A stretch of 64,000 bases of DNA from Parvularculaceae bacterium (GTDB lineage Bacteria > Pseudomonadota > Alphaproteobacteria > Caulobacterales > Parvularculaceae). Under the pieces are notes generated by a model. It searched no databases and was not told the DNA's origin. It was given only the letters and a program-made list of their open reading frames with translations. Positions 9,056 through 18,895 of this stretch are shown here, piece after piece. The stretch's first letter is position 1. Every line of letters starts with the position of its first letter. Position numbers and translations under genes: made by a program. The stretch spans positions 6,351 to 70,350 of the forward strand of contig JAJFFW010000041.1 in the NCBI GenBank assembly GCA_021776435.1. Reading direction: 5' to 3'.

Positions 9056-12000
9056 TCAATGCTCTGGTGCTTGCGCCAGCTCGGCCTCGACTTTGCGGCC
9101 CTCTGAGGCGCGCGGCTTGGATAGGCCAGCGAGCATCAGATAGGCGACCGGGGTCAGGAACAATGTGAAGACGGTGGCAAAGCCAAGTCCGCCCACCACG
9201 ATCCAGCCGAGGGCGGCGCGCGATTCAGCCCCCGCGCCGGCGCCGAGGATCAGCGGCACGCCGCCGAGAAGAGTTGAAATCGCCGTCATCAAAACGGGTC
9301 GCAATCGGGTGATCGAGGCGTGCTCGATCGCCTCGCGCACAGACTCGCCGCGATCGCGCAGCTGGTTAGCGAATTCGACAATCAAAATGCCGTTCTTGGC
9401 CATAATGCCGATCAGCAGCACCAGCCCGATCTGGCTGTAATAATTGATCGATCCGCCCGTCAGTACGATCGCATAAACAGCGGCTGCAAGGCCGAAGGGC
9501 ACGGTCACCATAATAATCAGGGCACTGATAAAGCTTTCAAATTGTGCGGCCAGCACCAAAAACACGATCAGCGCGGCAAAGCCGAAGACCAAAAATGTTG
9601 CGTTGTTTTGCTGTTGCAGCAACCGCGCCTCGCCAAGCGGCGCCACCGAGAGCGAGCCGGTCAGCATTTCGTCCGCAGCTTGGCGCATGGCTGTCACCGC
9701 CTCGCCAAGCCGCGCACCCTCAGCCAGGCTCGCCGTCACCGGCACCGCCCGTCGGCGTTGTTCACGCGCTAGGTTAGAGGCAACCGCCACCTCGTTGATC
9801 GTCGCTACAGATGATAACGGCACGAACCCGCCGCTCGCCGTGCGGACGAAGAGATTAGCAAGGTCGGTCGGGTCATTGACCGGCTCGCCGCCCGCTGAGA
9901 TCAGGACTTCGATGATGTCATCGCCGACAAAAATTTGCGCACCACGATATTCGTCCGCCATCGCCTGCAGCGTCGTGGTGATGGCGTTGACCGGCACGCC
10001 GAGCGAGGTCGCCGCCTCGCGGTCAATGGCGACAGTGATCTGTGGCTGTGAGGTTTGGAAGTTGAGCCGCACATCGGCAAACAGCGGATTGGCTTGCAAC
10101 ACGCCGACAAGTTGCTCGGCAGCGTCCGCGGCGGCGTCATAATCGTCGCCGACAACGGCAAACTGCAAGCCCTGACCAGCGCCCCTGATGCCCAGTGAAT
10201 TACTGCGCCGGATGATCGCATTAGCGCCCGGTATATCGCTGACCAGGGCGCGCACCTGCGCTTCAAAATCTTCCTGTGATTTTTCCCGATCGGCCCAGTC
10301 CGGCAGGCGGAGGATAACAAACGAAAGGTTAGATCCGCGAATACCGTTGATCGACATCACCGTCGTCGCTTCACCACCTTCAACCAGCGGCATCAGCCGA
10401 GATTCCATCTCAAGCACTTTGCGGTCGAGATAATCAAAGCTCGCGCCTTCTTGCCCCACAACCATAAAGAAAACTGCGCCGCGATCTTCCGTCGGCGTGA
10501 GTTCTTTTGGCACAATGCCGAAAACCAGAATTGCGCCAGCGGCAAAAGCAAGTGACGCACCAATGGGCACGGCCGGCAAGCGCAAACAGAAACGCAACAC
10601 CATGCAATAGGCGGCGGAAAGAGGCCCCGCAGGTTTTCGCTTGTGTGCGGGCTGATCCATCTCGGCCAACGTTTCAGGGCGCACCTCGCGTCCGAAGCGC
10701 ACCGTCAGCACAGGGCATAATGTCAGCGCCACAAACGAGGAGACGATAACCGCGAAGGCGAGCACGAAACCAAATTCAGAAAATAACCGTCCGGCCTGAC
10801 CAGGCAGGAACGAGATTGGAACGAACACCGCCGCTAGCGTCACCGTAGTCGAAAGAACGGCGAAGATAATCTCGCGCGTGCCAATCACCGCTGCGGCGCG
10901 CTTGCCCGCTCCCTTGGCGCGCCAGCGTTGGATATTTTCGGTCACGACAATGGCATCATCGACCACCAGACCGGTCGCCATGACCAGCGCCAGCAGGGTG
11001 ATCAAATTGATCGAAAAACCCGCAAGCCATAACGCAGCGACTGTGCCGAGTAGTGATACCGGAATGGTCACCGCGGGAATAATCGTCGCGCGCACCGAGC
11101 GCAGGAATGCAAAGATAATCAACACAACTATTACCGTCGCCAGCAGCAAGCTTTTGAAAACTTCCTTGACGGCCTCGTTGATGAAAATGGAATCATCGAC
11201 CGTGACGTCGATCAGCACATTCGCAGGCAAGGAAGCCTGAAGGCTGGCAACCGCGTCGCGCACGCCGTTTGAGACGGCCACCGTATTCGATTGCGCCTGA
11301 CGGATAATACCGATGCCGATGCCCGGATCGCCATTGACGCGCGCTGTTGTCGTCTCATCCTCAAAACCCCACTCTACCAGCGCCACATCGGCAAGCCGGG
11401 TCTCGTCATCGAGGCGCATGGCGCCGATTTCTTCGGGCGTGGTGGCGGGCGCTTCGGCTCGAATGAGGATTTGCTGGGTGTCGTTGCGCAGGCGGCCGCT
11501 TGGCGCGCTCTGCGAGGCGGTGGCCACAAGGCGCGCCACATCTTCAACGGAAAACCCTCGCGCGGCCAGCGAAACCGGCATGATCCGCACTCGTATGACG
11601 CGATTTCTGACACCATAATCATTGGCCTGCGCCACCCCCTCAACCGATTGCAGGCGGGGCAAGATGACATCATCGACAAGGTCGGCAAGCGTTCCCGCAT
11701 CCATACCGGAGGCAGAGACCGATAGACGCATGATCGGCGACGCGTCGTTGTCAGCCTTGATCACGACAGGCTCTTCCACGTCCAGCGGCAATTGGCGGGC
11801 GATCGCGGAGACTGCATTTTTGACATCAGTCGCCGCAAGATTGATGTCGACGCTGGGCGAGAATTCTGCGGAGATGTTACTGCGTGCGAAGCTCGACGAG
11901 GAAGAGATTGAGACAACGCCGTCTACTTGTGCGACTGCGCTTTCGATGACCGATGTCACTTCCGCGTCAATTGATTCCGGCGTCGCGCCCGGGTAATTCG

Positions 12001-12202
12001 TTCGGATCGATATGACCGGCTGATCAATATCGGGCAGTTCGCGCACCTCGATGCCGAGCGTCGCAGCAAGACCAGCCAGGATAATGATCAGACTAACGAC
12101 AGCGGCAAGGATCGGACGTTGAATGAATATGCCGATAAATCCGCCTGCGCCGCCATGGGAGTCATTGAGCGTAGACGAGAGAAAGGGATCTTCTTGCGCC
12201 AT
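9056..12202 (-). CDS. RND efflux transporter, inner-membrane permease (AcrB/HAE1-like)
   Basis: 1048 aa with the 12-TM/two-large-loop pattern. N-terminus 'FIQRPILAAVVSLIIILAGL...LPDIDQPVISIRTNYPGATPE' and 'VVDDAIVVTENI' are typical of AcrB-family pumps. Confidence 0.9.
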   Translation of the reverse strand: MAQEDPFLSSTLNDSHGGAGGFIGIFIQRPILAAVVSLIIILAGLAATLGIEVRELPDIDQPVISIRTNYPGATPESIDAEVTSVIESAVAQVDGVVSISSSSSFARSNISAEFSPSVDINLAATDVKNAVSAIARQLPLDVEEPVVIKADNDASPIMRLSVSASGMDAGTLADLVDDVILPRLQSVEGVAQANDYGVRNRVIRVRIMPVSLAARGFSVEDVARLVATASQSAPSGRLRNDTQQILIRAEAPATTPEEIGAMRLDDETRLADVALVEWGFEDETTTARVNGDPGIGIGIIRQAQSNTVAVSNGVRDAVASLQASLPANVLIDVTVDDSIFINEAVKEVFKSLLLATVIVVLIIFAFLRSVRATIIPAVTIPVSLLGTVAALWLAGFSINLITLLALVMATGLVVDDAIVVTENIQRWRAKGAGKRAAAVIGTREIIFAVLSTTVTLAAVFVPISFLPGQAGRLFSEFGFVLAFAVIVSSFVALTLCPVLTVRFGREVRPETLAEMDQPAHKRKPAGPLSAAYCMVLRFCLRLPAVPIGASLAFAAGAILVFGIVPKELTPTEDRGAVFFMVVGQEGASFDYLDRKVLEMESRLMPLVEGGEATTVMSINGIRGSNLSFVILRLPDWADREKSQEDFEAQVRALVSDIPGANAIIRRSNSLGIRGAGQGLQFAVVGDDYDAAADAAEQLVGVLQANPLFADVRLNFQTSQPQITVAIDREAATSLGVPVNAITTTLQAMADEYRGAQIFVGDDIIEVLISAGGEPVNDPTDLANLFVRTASGGFVPLSSVATINEVAVASNLAREQRRRAVPVTASLAEGARLGEAVTAMRQAADEMLTGSLSVAPLGEARLLQQQNNATFLVFGFAALIVFLVLAAQFESFISALIIMVTVPFGLAAAVYAIVLTGGSINYYSQIGLVLLIGIMAKNGILIVEFANQLRDRGESVREAIEHASITRLRPVLMTAISTLLGGVPLILGAGAGAESRAALGWIVVGGLGFATVFTLFLTPVAYLMLAGLSKPRASEGRKVEAELAQAPEH

Positions 12203-12207
12203 TCCTG

Positions 12208-13362
12208 TCAGTTTCCTGAAATGGCGTTTCCGGCGCCAGGTGAGAGGCGCAGGGGTTGGGGCTCGCCAAGCGGAATGCCGGGACGCACCCTGTCTGCTCC
12301 CTCAGAGACGACTTCGTCACCGGGGGCGATCTCGCCTTCAACCAACACAATCTCATCTGTGCGCTGAAGTATGGTCACATGAGCACGCACCGCGCCGCCG
12401 TCAAGCCCGCGCTTCCACACATAGGCCCCGGCGCGGTCCCATTGAATGGCGAGGCCTGGAACGGACACCGCCGGGGCGCCAAGGCTGGTTGTTGAAACCG
12501 CGAATACTGCGCCCGGCAACAGCCGGTTATCGGTATTTTCAAATGTCGCTTCGACCCGCAAGGTGCGAGAAGCCGAATTGACGCGGCTGTCGATGGCGGA
12601 GACGGCGCCCTCATAACGACGTCCGGCGGCGGACGCGAGCGTGGCGCTGACCATCTGGCCAATCTCGATAAAGCTCGCTGTTTCCTGCGGCACGGCAAAC
12701 TCGATGACGATCGACGACGTGTCATCAAGAGTGGCGATCACATCGCCCGCGCGGATATAATCGCCGGGTTCGATTTCGGTAAGGCCAGCAATCCCGGTAA
12801 AGGGCGCTTTGATCGACCGTTGATCAACGGCGAATTGCGCGGCCCGCAAATCTGCTTCGAGAGTTTTGAAATTGTTGAAAGCCGCCTCGGCTTCCAGCGC
12901 AGATGCGGCATTGGCCTTTGCGAGGTCAGCATAGCGTTCGGAATTTTCTTTCGCCACCGGATATTGCGCGTGGGCGCGGTTGAGCGCGATGTGTTGTTGT
13001 TCATCATCGATGAGGATCATCACATCGCCCGCCGTCAGCCTTGCGCCGGGGGTGAAGGCAACCTCTTTAACCAGGCCCGTGACTTCGGAGGTGATGGTAA
13101 TGCTCTTTAGCGAACGGCCCTGGCCAATAACGTCGATGGTTTTGCCGAGTGCAGCTTCCTGTGCTGTGGAAATCGTCACCGCCGGCGCATAACCGCCGCG
13201 TCCGCCCCCTCGGTTACCGCCTTGGCTGGACTGCGCGCCATCTTGTGCCGGAGCCCCGCCAGCGGTTTTGTTTTGTCCCGTGGTCAGCACCAGCCCTGTG
13301 ATCGCCGCACCGGCAATCAATACGAAAACAGCGCCCAGATTAAGGGTTGCTCGAAGCTTCAT
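12208..13362 (-). CDS. RND efflux periplasmic adaptor (membrane fusion protein, HlyD_D23 family)
   Basis: 384 aa. N-terminal anchor, lipoyl/barrel-sandwich motifs ('GDVMILIDDEQ', 'IKAPFTGIAG'). Lies 5 nt upstream of the RND permease. Confidence 0.88.
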   Translation of the reverse strand: MKLRATLNLGAVFVLIAGAAITGLVLTTGQNKTAGGAPAQDGAQSSQGGNRGGGRGGYAPAVTISTAQEAALGKTIDVIGQGRSLKSITITSEVTGLVKEVAFTPGARLTAGDVMILIDDEQQHIALNRAHAQYPVAKENSERYADLAKANAASALEAEAAFNNFKTLEADLRAAQFAVDQRSIKAPFTGIAGLTEIEPGDYIRAGDVIATLDDTSSIVIEFAVPQETASFIEIGQMVSATLASAAGRRYEGAVSAIDSRVNSASRTLRVEATFENTDNRLLPGAVFAVSTTSLGAPAVSVPGLAIQWDRAGAYVWKRGLDGGAVRAHVTILQRTDEIVLVEGEIAPGDEVVSEGADRVRPGIPLGEPQPLRLSPGAGNAISGN

Positions 13363-13860
13363 TCTCTCTCCGTCGGTGCGGCTCCACCGGGCAGCCTTAT
13401 TATTGCGCCATTATTGCGCCGTTTAGCCTTGGCGGGTGCGTATAACACTTCGCCATCCTAACACAGCTATAACGCATCACATCTTACGATCCGTCGCCCT
13501 TTTCAGATCAAGATTGGGTTACCGGCTTTGATGCGGTTGGGGGAAGGTGCGATTGACCTCCAGAAAGTGAATTTTATTCTATAAATCAATTACTTAATAA
13601 AAAATTTTGATAAATAAAGGGTTCCCCTTGCCCAAAACTCGATTCTGGTGTGCTCGTGGCGTCATTCACCGAGAGGTTGGGAGCGGTTCAGGTCACTTGA
13701 TTGCGTAACCGTTCTGCTACGGACTTTTGAGAGTTGTCAGACCATCGCGAATACCCGTCCACACAACCCCATTGGCATGATTGCGCAGAAAGGTATTCCA
13801 GATTTGCGGCAGTCGGACACAACTTCGAATTTTCGATGCCGATGGAAGGGCATTTCCCCT

Positions 13861-14922
13861 TTAATTTTCGGATGGCAAAGCAGGCTCAACACTCGGAATA
13901 ATGGTCGAATCTGATAGGAATGTCATGTCATACCAATCAACAATCGCCGCGCCGATCTCAGCTCCGTGGTCTTCCTGAACGAAGTGGATACCGTCACCCA
14001 GAAATTGGGCGTCCAGATTTTTCCAATCACGGGCCATCGCTTCAGCCCGGGTTTTCGGAATCAGGGCGCCGGGATCGAAATAGAACATCAGTTTTGGCGT
14101 GGAGGATGATGGCAACCACTCGGCGAATGGCGAAATTCGCGCAGCGACATCTTCCGGTTTACCGTCAAAGGGAATCTGCCGTGGCCACACAAGGGTCGGC
14201 AAGCGTGAACCGAAGGTCGGAAACGGCTCGCGATAGGCTGCCATCTCTTCATCGGTCAATTCACGTACGACACTGAGCGGCAGGACGTTCTCAACGAAGA
14301 AATTACGTCCCATGATCATCAATTCCCCAATGCCTTTTGTGCGAAACATTTTAAAAAGCCGTTGGGGGAGCGGGGCCAAATCATTCATAGAGGATATACG
14401 CAGTATGGCTTCCATAAAGACAATGCCTTTGACATTCTCTTGATGCCGGAATGCGTAATCAAACCCTAGCGCTGATCCCCAGTCATGAATGACAAGGGTG
14501 ACATTTTGCAAGTCCATCGCCTCAATAAAACTGTCGATGTAATCCGCATGTTCAATAAAAGTGTAACCGATGTCCGGTCGGTCGGAAGCTCCGAAGCCGA
14601 TGTTGTCGACTGCGATCGCGTGCGCGCCCGATGCTGCGACGACGGGAAGAACATTACGCCAGAGATAGGACGACGTAGGGTTGCCGTGAAGGAACAAAAA
14701 AACCGGGCCGTCCGGATCTCCCTCGTCGATATAGTGCATGCGTGATCCATCGATAGTAATGTAGTGCGACTTGAATGGATAATTGGCCCAAACCTCCGAC
14801 ATTTGCCTCTCCGGTTTTTGTACCGGGTCGGCGTTGAGCGTCGTCAGATAAAAAGCAAAGCCTGCAAGCAGGGAAAGCCCGATTAGAATAAGGCCAAAAA
14901 TCCATTGGAAGAATGTTGCCAT
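13861..14922 (-). CDS. dhaA: haloalkane dehalogenase, HLD-II (DhaA/LinB-like), with extra N-terminal transmembrane anchor
   Basis: 'FLFLHGNPTSSYLWRNVLP' (halide-binding Asn), 'LVIHDWGSALGF' (nucleophile Asp plus Trp), 'GIVFMEA' (catalytic Glu), 'GIHFVQEDH' (His). Collinear with DhaA as I recall it. Preceded by the hydrophobic segment 'FFQWIFGLILIGLSLLAGFAFYL'. Confidence 0.85.
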   Translation of the reverse strand: MATFFQWIFGLILIGLSLLAGFAFYLTTLNADPVQKPERQMSEVWANYPFKSHYITIDGSRMHYIDEGDPDGPVFLFLHGNPTSSYLWRNVLPVVAASGAHAIAVDNIGFGASDRPDIGYTFIEHADYIDSFIEAMDLQNVTLVIHDWGSALGFDYAFRHQENVKGIVFMEAILRISSMNDLAPLPQRLFKMFRTKGIGELMIMGRNFFVENVLPLSVVRELTDEEMAAYREPFPTFGSRLPTLVWPRQIPFDGKPEDVAARISPFAEWLPSSSTPKLMFYFDPGALIPKTRAEAMARDWKNLDAQFLGDGIHFVQEDHGAEIGAAIVDWYDMTFLSDSTIIPSVEPALPSEN

Positions 14923-15109
14923 GTCGGATGTCCCCTCGTCAGCGCTGCGTACGACTTGATTGTGAAAGCTAACTGTTCAGCGAGCAATGTAAAGCGGCAG
15001 ACAACTCATTGAGACCATCCTTATCGCACTCTTTGCCCCTAAGTGTGTTGAATGAAATTAATATATGCCTTTCAGGCGCGCTGATGTCACAGGGGCTCCT
15101 GAACAGGGC

Positions 15110-16618
15110 TTAGAAATATTTTGAGGGTCTACCTGAGGGAATGAATGGGATGCCTTTGCCAACATTTCTGAATGTGATTGGCAGCGTGAACGAGATTGAA
15201 AAATCAGGCGATTGATCCGTTAATCCGATAGACGCGGATGCGAGGAGCGTGCGTCCTCTTGGCGTTGCGATTGCGGTGCCGAACACTAGACGGGCGTCAT
15301 TCGTTGCCGTGCCGATCGATTCAATGCCGTTCTGTCTTGTTTTCTTCGTATGTCGATTGATGAATGAAGTGCTGATCGATACGCGGTCACTGATGGCGAA
15401 ATTGAACCCCGCAAACCAGCCGAATGAGTCACCAGGATCGATGACACCAAACTCGTCAAACTCCTGCTGGAGATTAAGAGCGTAGTCGGCGCCGCCGAAA
15501 TAGACGAGGGGATCGTTACGCCAGACGAAATTCGCGCCCGGAGAAACTGCGTAATGGCCTCCACCTGTTGGAGGATTCACCAGTCGGCTTTCACCACCAC
15601 GGTCGATGACTTCACTCTCGATTTCAAATGGGTTGCGACCGGTCGGGAATCGAGCGGTCGCCTTCAATACGGTCGCCGGAATGAGTCCATTGTTGGAAAT
15701 CGGCTGCCAGGACAATGTCGCCTCGATATCGCCGAGGTCGACATCGCTAACCGTACGTTCACGGATATCGGCTGTTCCAATACCCAATATTTCCTTATCA
15801 CGCCTATAAACCCCGGGAACTCTCGCCTCAAGTTGAAGTCGCTCAGCGATCCCGTAACGCACCGTCAAGGAACTTGTGACGATATCCCGGCGCAAATCAT
15901 CAACGCGGATCGTTCCGATAACAATCGCGTCAAAAATGGAAAACCCGTTGATAGCAACATTGTTGCCTGAGAGGTGCGAATAATCGAAACCAGGTTCGAT
16001 CTGTAACGAACCAGGGGAGAGTAGAATGCCGCCAGTATCAATCAACAGCTGATCGATGGGCCTCTCTGAAGCGGGACGTGCGGTTTCATTCGCATCAGAC
16101 GATTCCGTATTTTGGCTATCGGTTGATCGTCGTGATTGGGTGATCTCATCCGGTCCGTTCTCTTTCGGACGCAACGCTCCTTGTGTGGTCTCAGTGTTGA
16201 AACCCTTTGGCGCGACCGGGCGTGGGCTGTTTTCAGCTATTGTGTTAATTGTTTTTTGCTCGCTGTTTTGGTCGACCCTGACGCCAGAATCATAACCGCT
16301 GACAGGGCCACCTTTGCTTGCCAATGCAGCATCAGGGTTCGTGCCATCGGCTATTTGTTCTTTTAAAAGTTGGAGCTCTTCAAACTGAGCCTTGAGTATT
16401 TGAAACTGACCTTCAATAGCCTGACTTTGCTTTTGTAACTCCTCGGCTTGAAGTCGCAAAACCGATTCCTGCAGTTCTATCCGTTGTAGAAAGTCAATAT
16501 TCGTCTCGGTTTGGGCGTATGCGTTGAGACTTGTCAGGGATACGAAGGATAGACATGTAATGCGAAGTGAATTCTTCTGCATCGCGGATGTTACGTTCAT
16601 TCGCTTGGTATTCAACAT
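15110..16618 (-). CDS. FapF-like outer-membrane beta-barrel with N-terminal coiled coil
   Basis: Signal peptide '...LSFVSLTSLNAYAQ'. Heptad coiled coil 'LQRIELQESVLRLQAEELQKQSQAIEGQFQILKAQFEELQLLKEQI'. Polar low-complexity linker, then alternating-hydrophobic beta-strand region containing 'ARFPTG' and a C-terminal Phe ('SKYF'). Alternative starts at 16648 (GTG), 16600 and 16582. The ATG at 16618 sits 7 nt after a G8 run that could serve as its SD. Confidence 0.7.
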   Translation of the reverse strand: MLNTKRMNVTSAMQKNSLRITCLSFVSLTSLNAYAQTETNIDFLQRIELQESVLRLQAEELQKQSQAIEGQFQILKAQFEELQLLKEQIADGTNPDAALASKGGPVSGYDSGVRVDQNSEQKTINTIAENSPRPVAPKGFNTETTQGALRPKENGPDEITQSRRSTDSQNTESSDANETARPASERPIDQLLIDTGGILLSPGSLQIEPGFDYSHLSGNNVAINGFSIFDAIVIGTIRVDDLRRDIVTSSLTVRYGIAERLQLEARVPGVYRRDKEILGIGTADIRERTVSDVDLGDIEATLSWQPISNNGLIPATVLKATARFPTGRNPFEIESEVIDRGGESRLVNPPTGGGHYAVSPGANFVWRNDPLVYFGGADYALNLQQEFDEFGVIDPGDSFGWFAGFNFAISDRVSISTSFINRHTKKTRQNGIESIGTATNDARLVFGTAIATPRGRTLLASASIGLTDQSPDFSISFTLPITFRNVGKGIPFIPSGRPSKYF

Positions 16619-16666
16619 GAATACACCCCCCCCAAAGAGTTGACGCACTTCGCTGCCTCAGTAGAA

Positions 16667-17125
16667 TCAATTCCCACCAAGCGCTGCCATTAATGATGAT
16701 ACGGCATCTGGCGCTGTGCCGTTTATGATCGCGATATTAATCGTCAGCGTGTTGTTGATAATGTTATTATTTCCTTCGATATTCGCCAGTTGGAATATTC
16801 CATTTGCGCCGGCGAAGCTGCCCAGGGCGCCACTCAACTGCACGTGATTCTCATCGGAAAAGGATACACCAACACCATCTGGCAGCGTGTTGGCGCCACC
16901 GCTGTTGGCGATAGAACCGCCAAATAGGATAGAGAAGGCGATGCCGCCAAACCCGCCGCGTAATTCACCCATTTCTTTATCTGACAGAGCTTCATTTCCG
17001 CATTCGTGTTTGGAAACGCCAAGTGCATCGCAAAGCGTTGTAGACTCTGCGTTGGCATTCGTAGGAACAACAAAGGCTAAAACGGCCAGAGCAGTAGATG
17101 CTTTAATAAATCGAATAAACATCAT
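16667..17125 (-). CDS. small secreted Gly/Asn-rich protein (occupies the FapE position)
   Basis: 152 aa. Signal peptide 'MMFIRFIKASTALAVLAFVVPTNANA'. G/N/A-rich mature part. Located between the C39 peptidase and the barrel, as fapE is in Pseudomonas. Confidence 0.55.
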   Translation of the reverse strand: MMFIRFIKASTALAVLAFVVPTNANAESTTLCDALGVSKHECGNEALSDKEMGELRGGFGGIAFSILFGGSIANSGGANTLPDGVGVSFSDENHVQLSGALGSFAGANGIFQLANIEGNNNIINNTLTINIAIINGTAPDAVSSLMAALGGN

Positions 17126-17180
17126 GTGACTCCCATATACAAAATAAAACCAAACTCGAGATCATGACCAACACAAGCAC

Positions 17181-17876
17181 TTAGAACTCATTTCCTGACG
17201 GCGTAATTGACACACTGGTTTGATTCCAAAGTGAAATGAGCGTATTCATTCGACCGTACAGCGCGTAATCACGCATAAATACAGTGTTCTGCAGTTCCGA
17301 ATCTGCATCTACCAGGGCGAGGACAACACCATCCCATTCTTTTGAGAACTCAATAGTATTCTGTGTACGGTTACCAAAAGCGGGATCGGCGACGAACACT
17401 TTTCCGTCTTTCGCAGCTCTAATAACGACGAAATGGGCGTATCCGCGAACGGTTGTCAGCGCGATGACGGGCGCTTTCAGCTTCTCTAAACTTTCAACCC
17501 CGTCCAGGCGAAAACCTCCACCTAAAAGACCTTTTCGTTCACCTGCTTGTTTCAACTCAAGTAGGGAAAACCCATACTGATTAATATTATCACGTTGCTT
17601 TTCAGAAACATTCTCGAAGATATCATTGATGATGTCGCGTTCACTTATGGTCAGATCAAAATGGAATTGCAGTAAAGTGGCGAGCGCCGCTGCTCCACAA
17701 CTCAGATCTTCCGTCTGGCGGATGACGCCACCATAGCGCATATCGATGAATGATTTCACAGGTAGATAGACTGGTGATGTATGGGGCAGGGTGGATGTCA
17801 AACGTAACTGCCCCTGCGCAGGCATGATTGAGGCTAACATTATCAGCGCGACAAAGCCTACGAAGCTGCGCATCAA
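17181..17876 (-). CDS. periplasmic C39-family cysteine peptidase (FapD-like)
   Basis: 231 aa. Signal peptide 'MMRSFVGFVALIMLASIMPAQG'. Catalytic Cys in 'EDLSCGAAALATLLQF', His in 'GYAHFVVIRA', and 'VADPAFGN'. A 4-nt overlap with the upstream gene suggests translational coupling. Confidence 0.75.
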   Translation of the reverse strand: MMRSFVGFVALIMLASIMPAQGQLRLTSTLPHTSPVYLPVKSFIDMRYGGVIRQTEDLSCGAAALATLLQFHFDLTISERDIINDIFENVSEKQRDNINQYGFSLLELKQAGERKGLLGGGFRLDGVESLEKLKAPVIALTTVRGYAHFVVIRAAKDGKVFVADPAFGNRTQNTIEFSKEWDGVVLALVDADSELQNTVFMRDYALYGRMNTLISLWNQTSVSITPSGNEF

Positions 17877-18763
17877 AAACCTCCCAAATTCGTCATAGTA
17901 ATGCCAATTTTATTGCTCACCTGGTTGAGTGAACCGGCGGTTTGGGAAATTTGGGCGACGCCCGTAAAGTTATTAAATGAGTTCGAGAGTCGGGTGACGC
18001 GTGTTTGTTCCTCATTGAGGTTGTACTCATTATCCTTGTTCACCGAAACTGCCGCGAGCTCGGCATCGCCAATCAGCGCTGCCGGAACCGCGTCATTGAT
18101 TCCGATTGAAAATGCGAGCGCGAATGCATTTATCTGCTGGTTGAGGGCGCCTGCGGACTGGTTTATGCCGACCACACCGGACGTATTATTGAAACTATCC
18201 TCTATCCGTGTCTGCAACGTATGCGCCCGGTCAAACACGCGATTGGCGATTAGGGTTTGCGACGTATCAAGGAGAGCAATTGCGCCGCCGCCAGTTGATA
18301 CGCCTGCAATTGATATCACGTTGGCTTGGCTCTCGCCCACCCCTGCGCTCATATTGAAGCCAGCAAGACCGTGAAAAGCATTCACCGAATTCTCTAAACT
18401 TACTTCGTAGCCGTTGTTTAAAGTGACAGAATTGCCGGCGGTGTCTTGTGAAATCGCGGCGTAAGCGGCTGCGAAGGCGGATGCCGCGACGAACAGGGGG
18501 CCGTCCGCTTCAAACGGGTTTGGCGTCTCTGAACCGTAAAACCCGTTGCGCCCCGTCGGTTCCGGCTCGCCTGGAAGCACACCAATGTAGATATATGCGG
18601 GGTTTTCCGGATTGTAGGCCTCAGATGTCTCCGCCTCCACTGGTGGTTGTGAAGAGTCAACCGACGTCTCTAGCGCAGCGGCGATATCGAACCCGGAGAG
18701 AACGATGATCACTGCCAGGCCTAGAACGACTGACCGCATTGGCCGCGTCGATCGAACATTCAT
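17873..18763 (-). CDS. secreted amyloid-repeat protein, paralog 3 (Fap subunit-like)
   Basis: Signal peptide 'MNVRSTRPMRSVVLGLAVIIVLSG'. Three imperfect repeats: 'AFHGLAGFNMSAGVGESQANVISIA', 'SFNNTSGVVGINQSAGALNQQINAFALA', 'SFNNFTGVAQISQTAGSLNQVSNKIGIT'. Start moved to the ATG at 18763. Confidence 0.65.
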   Translation of the reverse strand: MNVRSTRPMRSVVLGLAVIIVLSGFDIAAALETSVDSSQPPVEAETSEAYNPENPAYIYIGVLPGEPEPTGRNGFYGSETPNPFEADGPLFVAASAFAAAYAAISQDTAGNSVTLNNGYEVSLENSVNAFHGLAGFNMSAGVGESQANVISIAGVSTGGGAIALLDTSQTLIANRVFDRAHTLQTRIEDSFNNTSGVVGINQSAGALNQQINAFALAFSIGINDAVPAALIGDAELAAVSVNKDNEYNLNEEQTRVTRLSNSFNNFTGVAQISQTAGSLNQVSNKIGITMTNLGGF

Positions 18764-18895
18764 GAAATCATGAATGCAATGAGTGATAGAAAAAACACAT
18801 TGAGCCATCGTGACTTTCTCCAACAAGTCTTCGCAATTAGCGCGCTGACGTAAATCATGAATCGTCAGCGCGCACTTTTCTTTGGTGGTCTTAAA

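Noticed and set aside
9165-12581. Numerous plus-strand ORFs (for example 9320-9772, 9603-10142, 11291-11725, 12123-12581) inside the RND permease and adaptor genes.
   Set aside because: They are antisense shadow ORFs with Arg/Ala/Ser/Pro-rich low-complexity translations, fully contained in strongly supported minus-strand genes. The same applies to antisense ORFs inside tig, lon, clpX, the cytochrome genes, the USP gene (39047-39841), the kinase (44409-44978, 45027-45527) and dnaE.
13648-13914. 88-aa plus-strand ORF between the RND operon and the dehalogenase.
   Set aside because: It overlaps the dehalogenase 3' end, has no SD and a Cys/Arg/Trp-rich odd composition.
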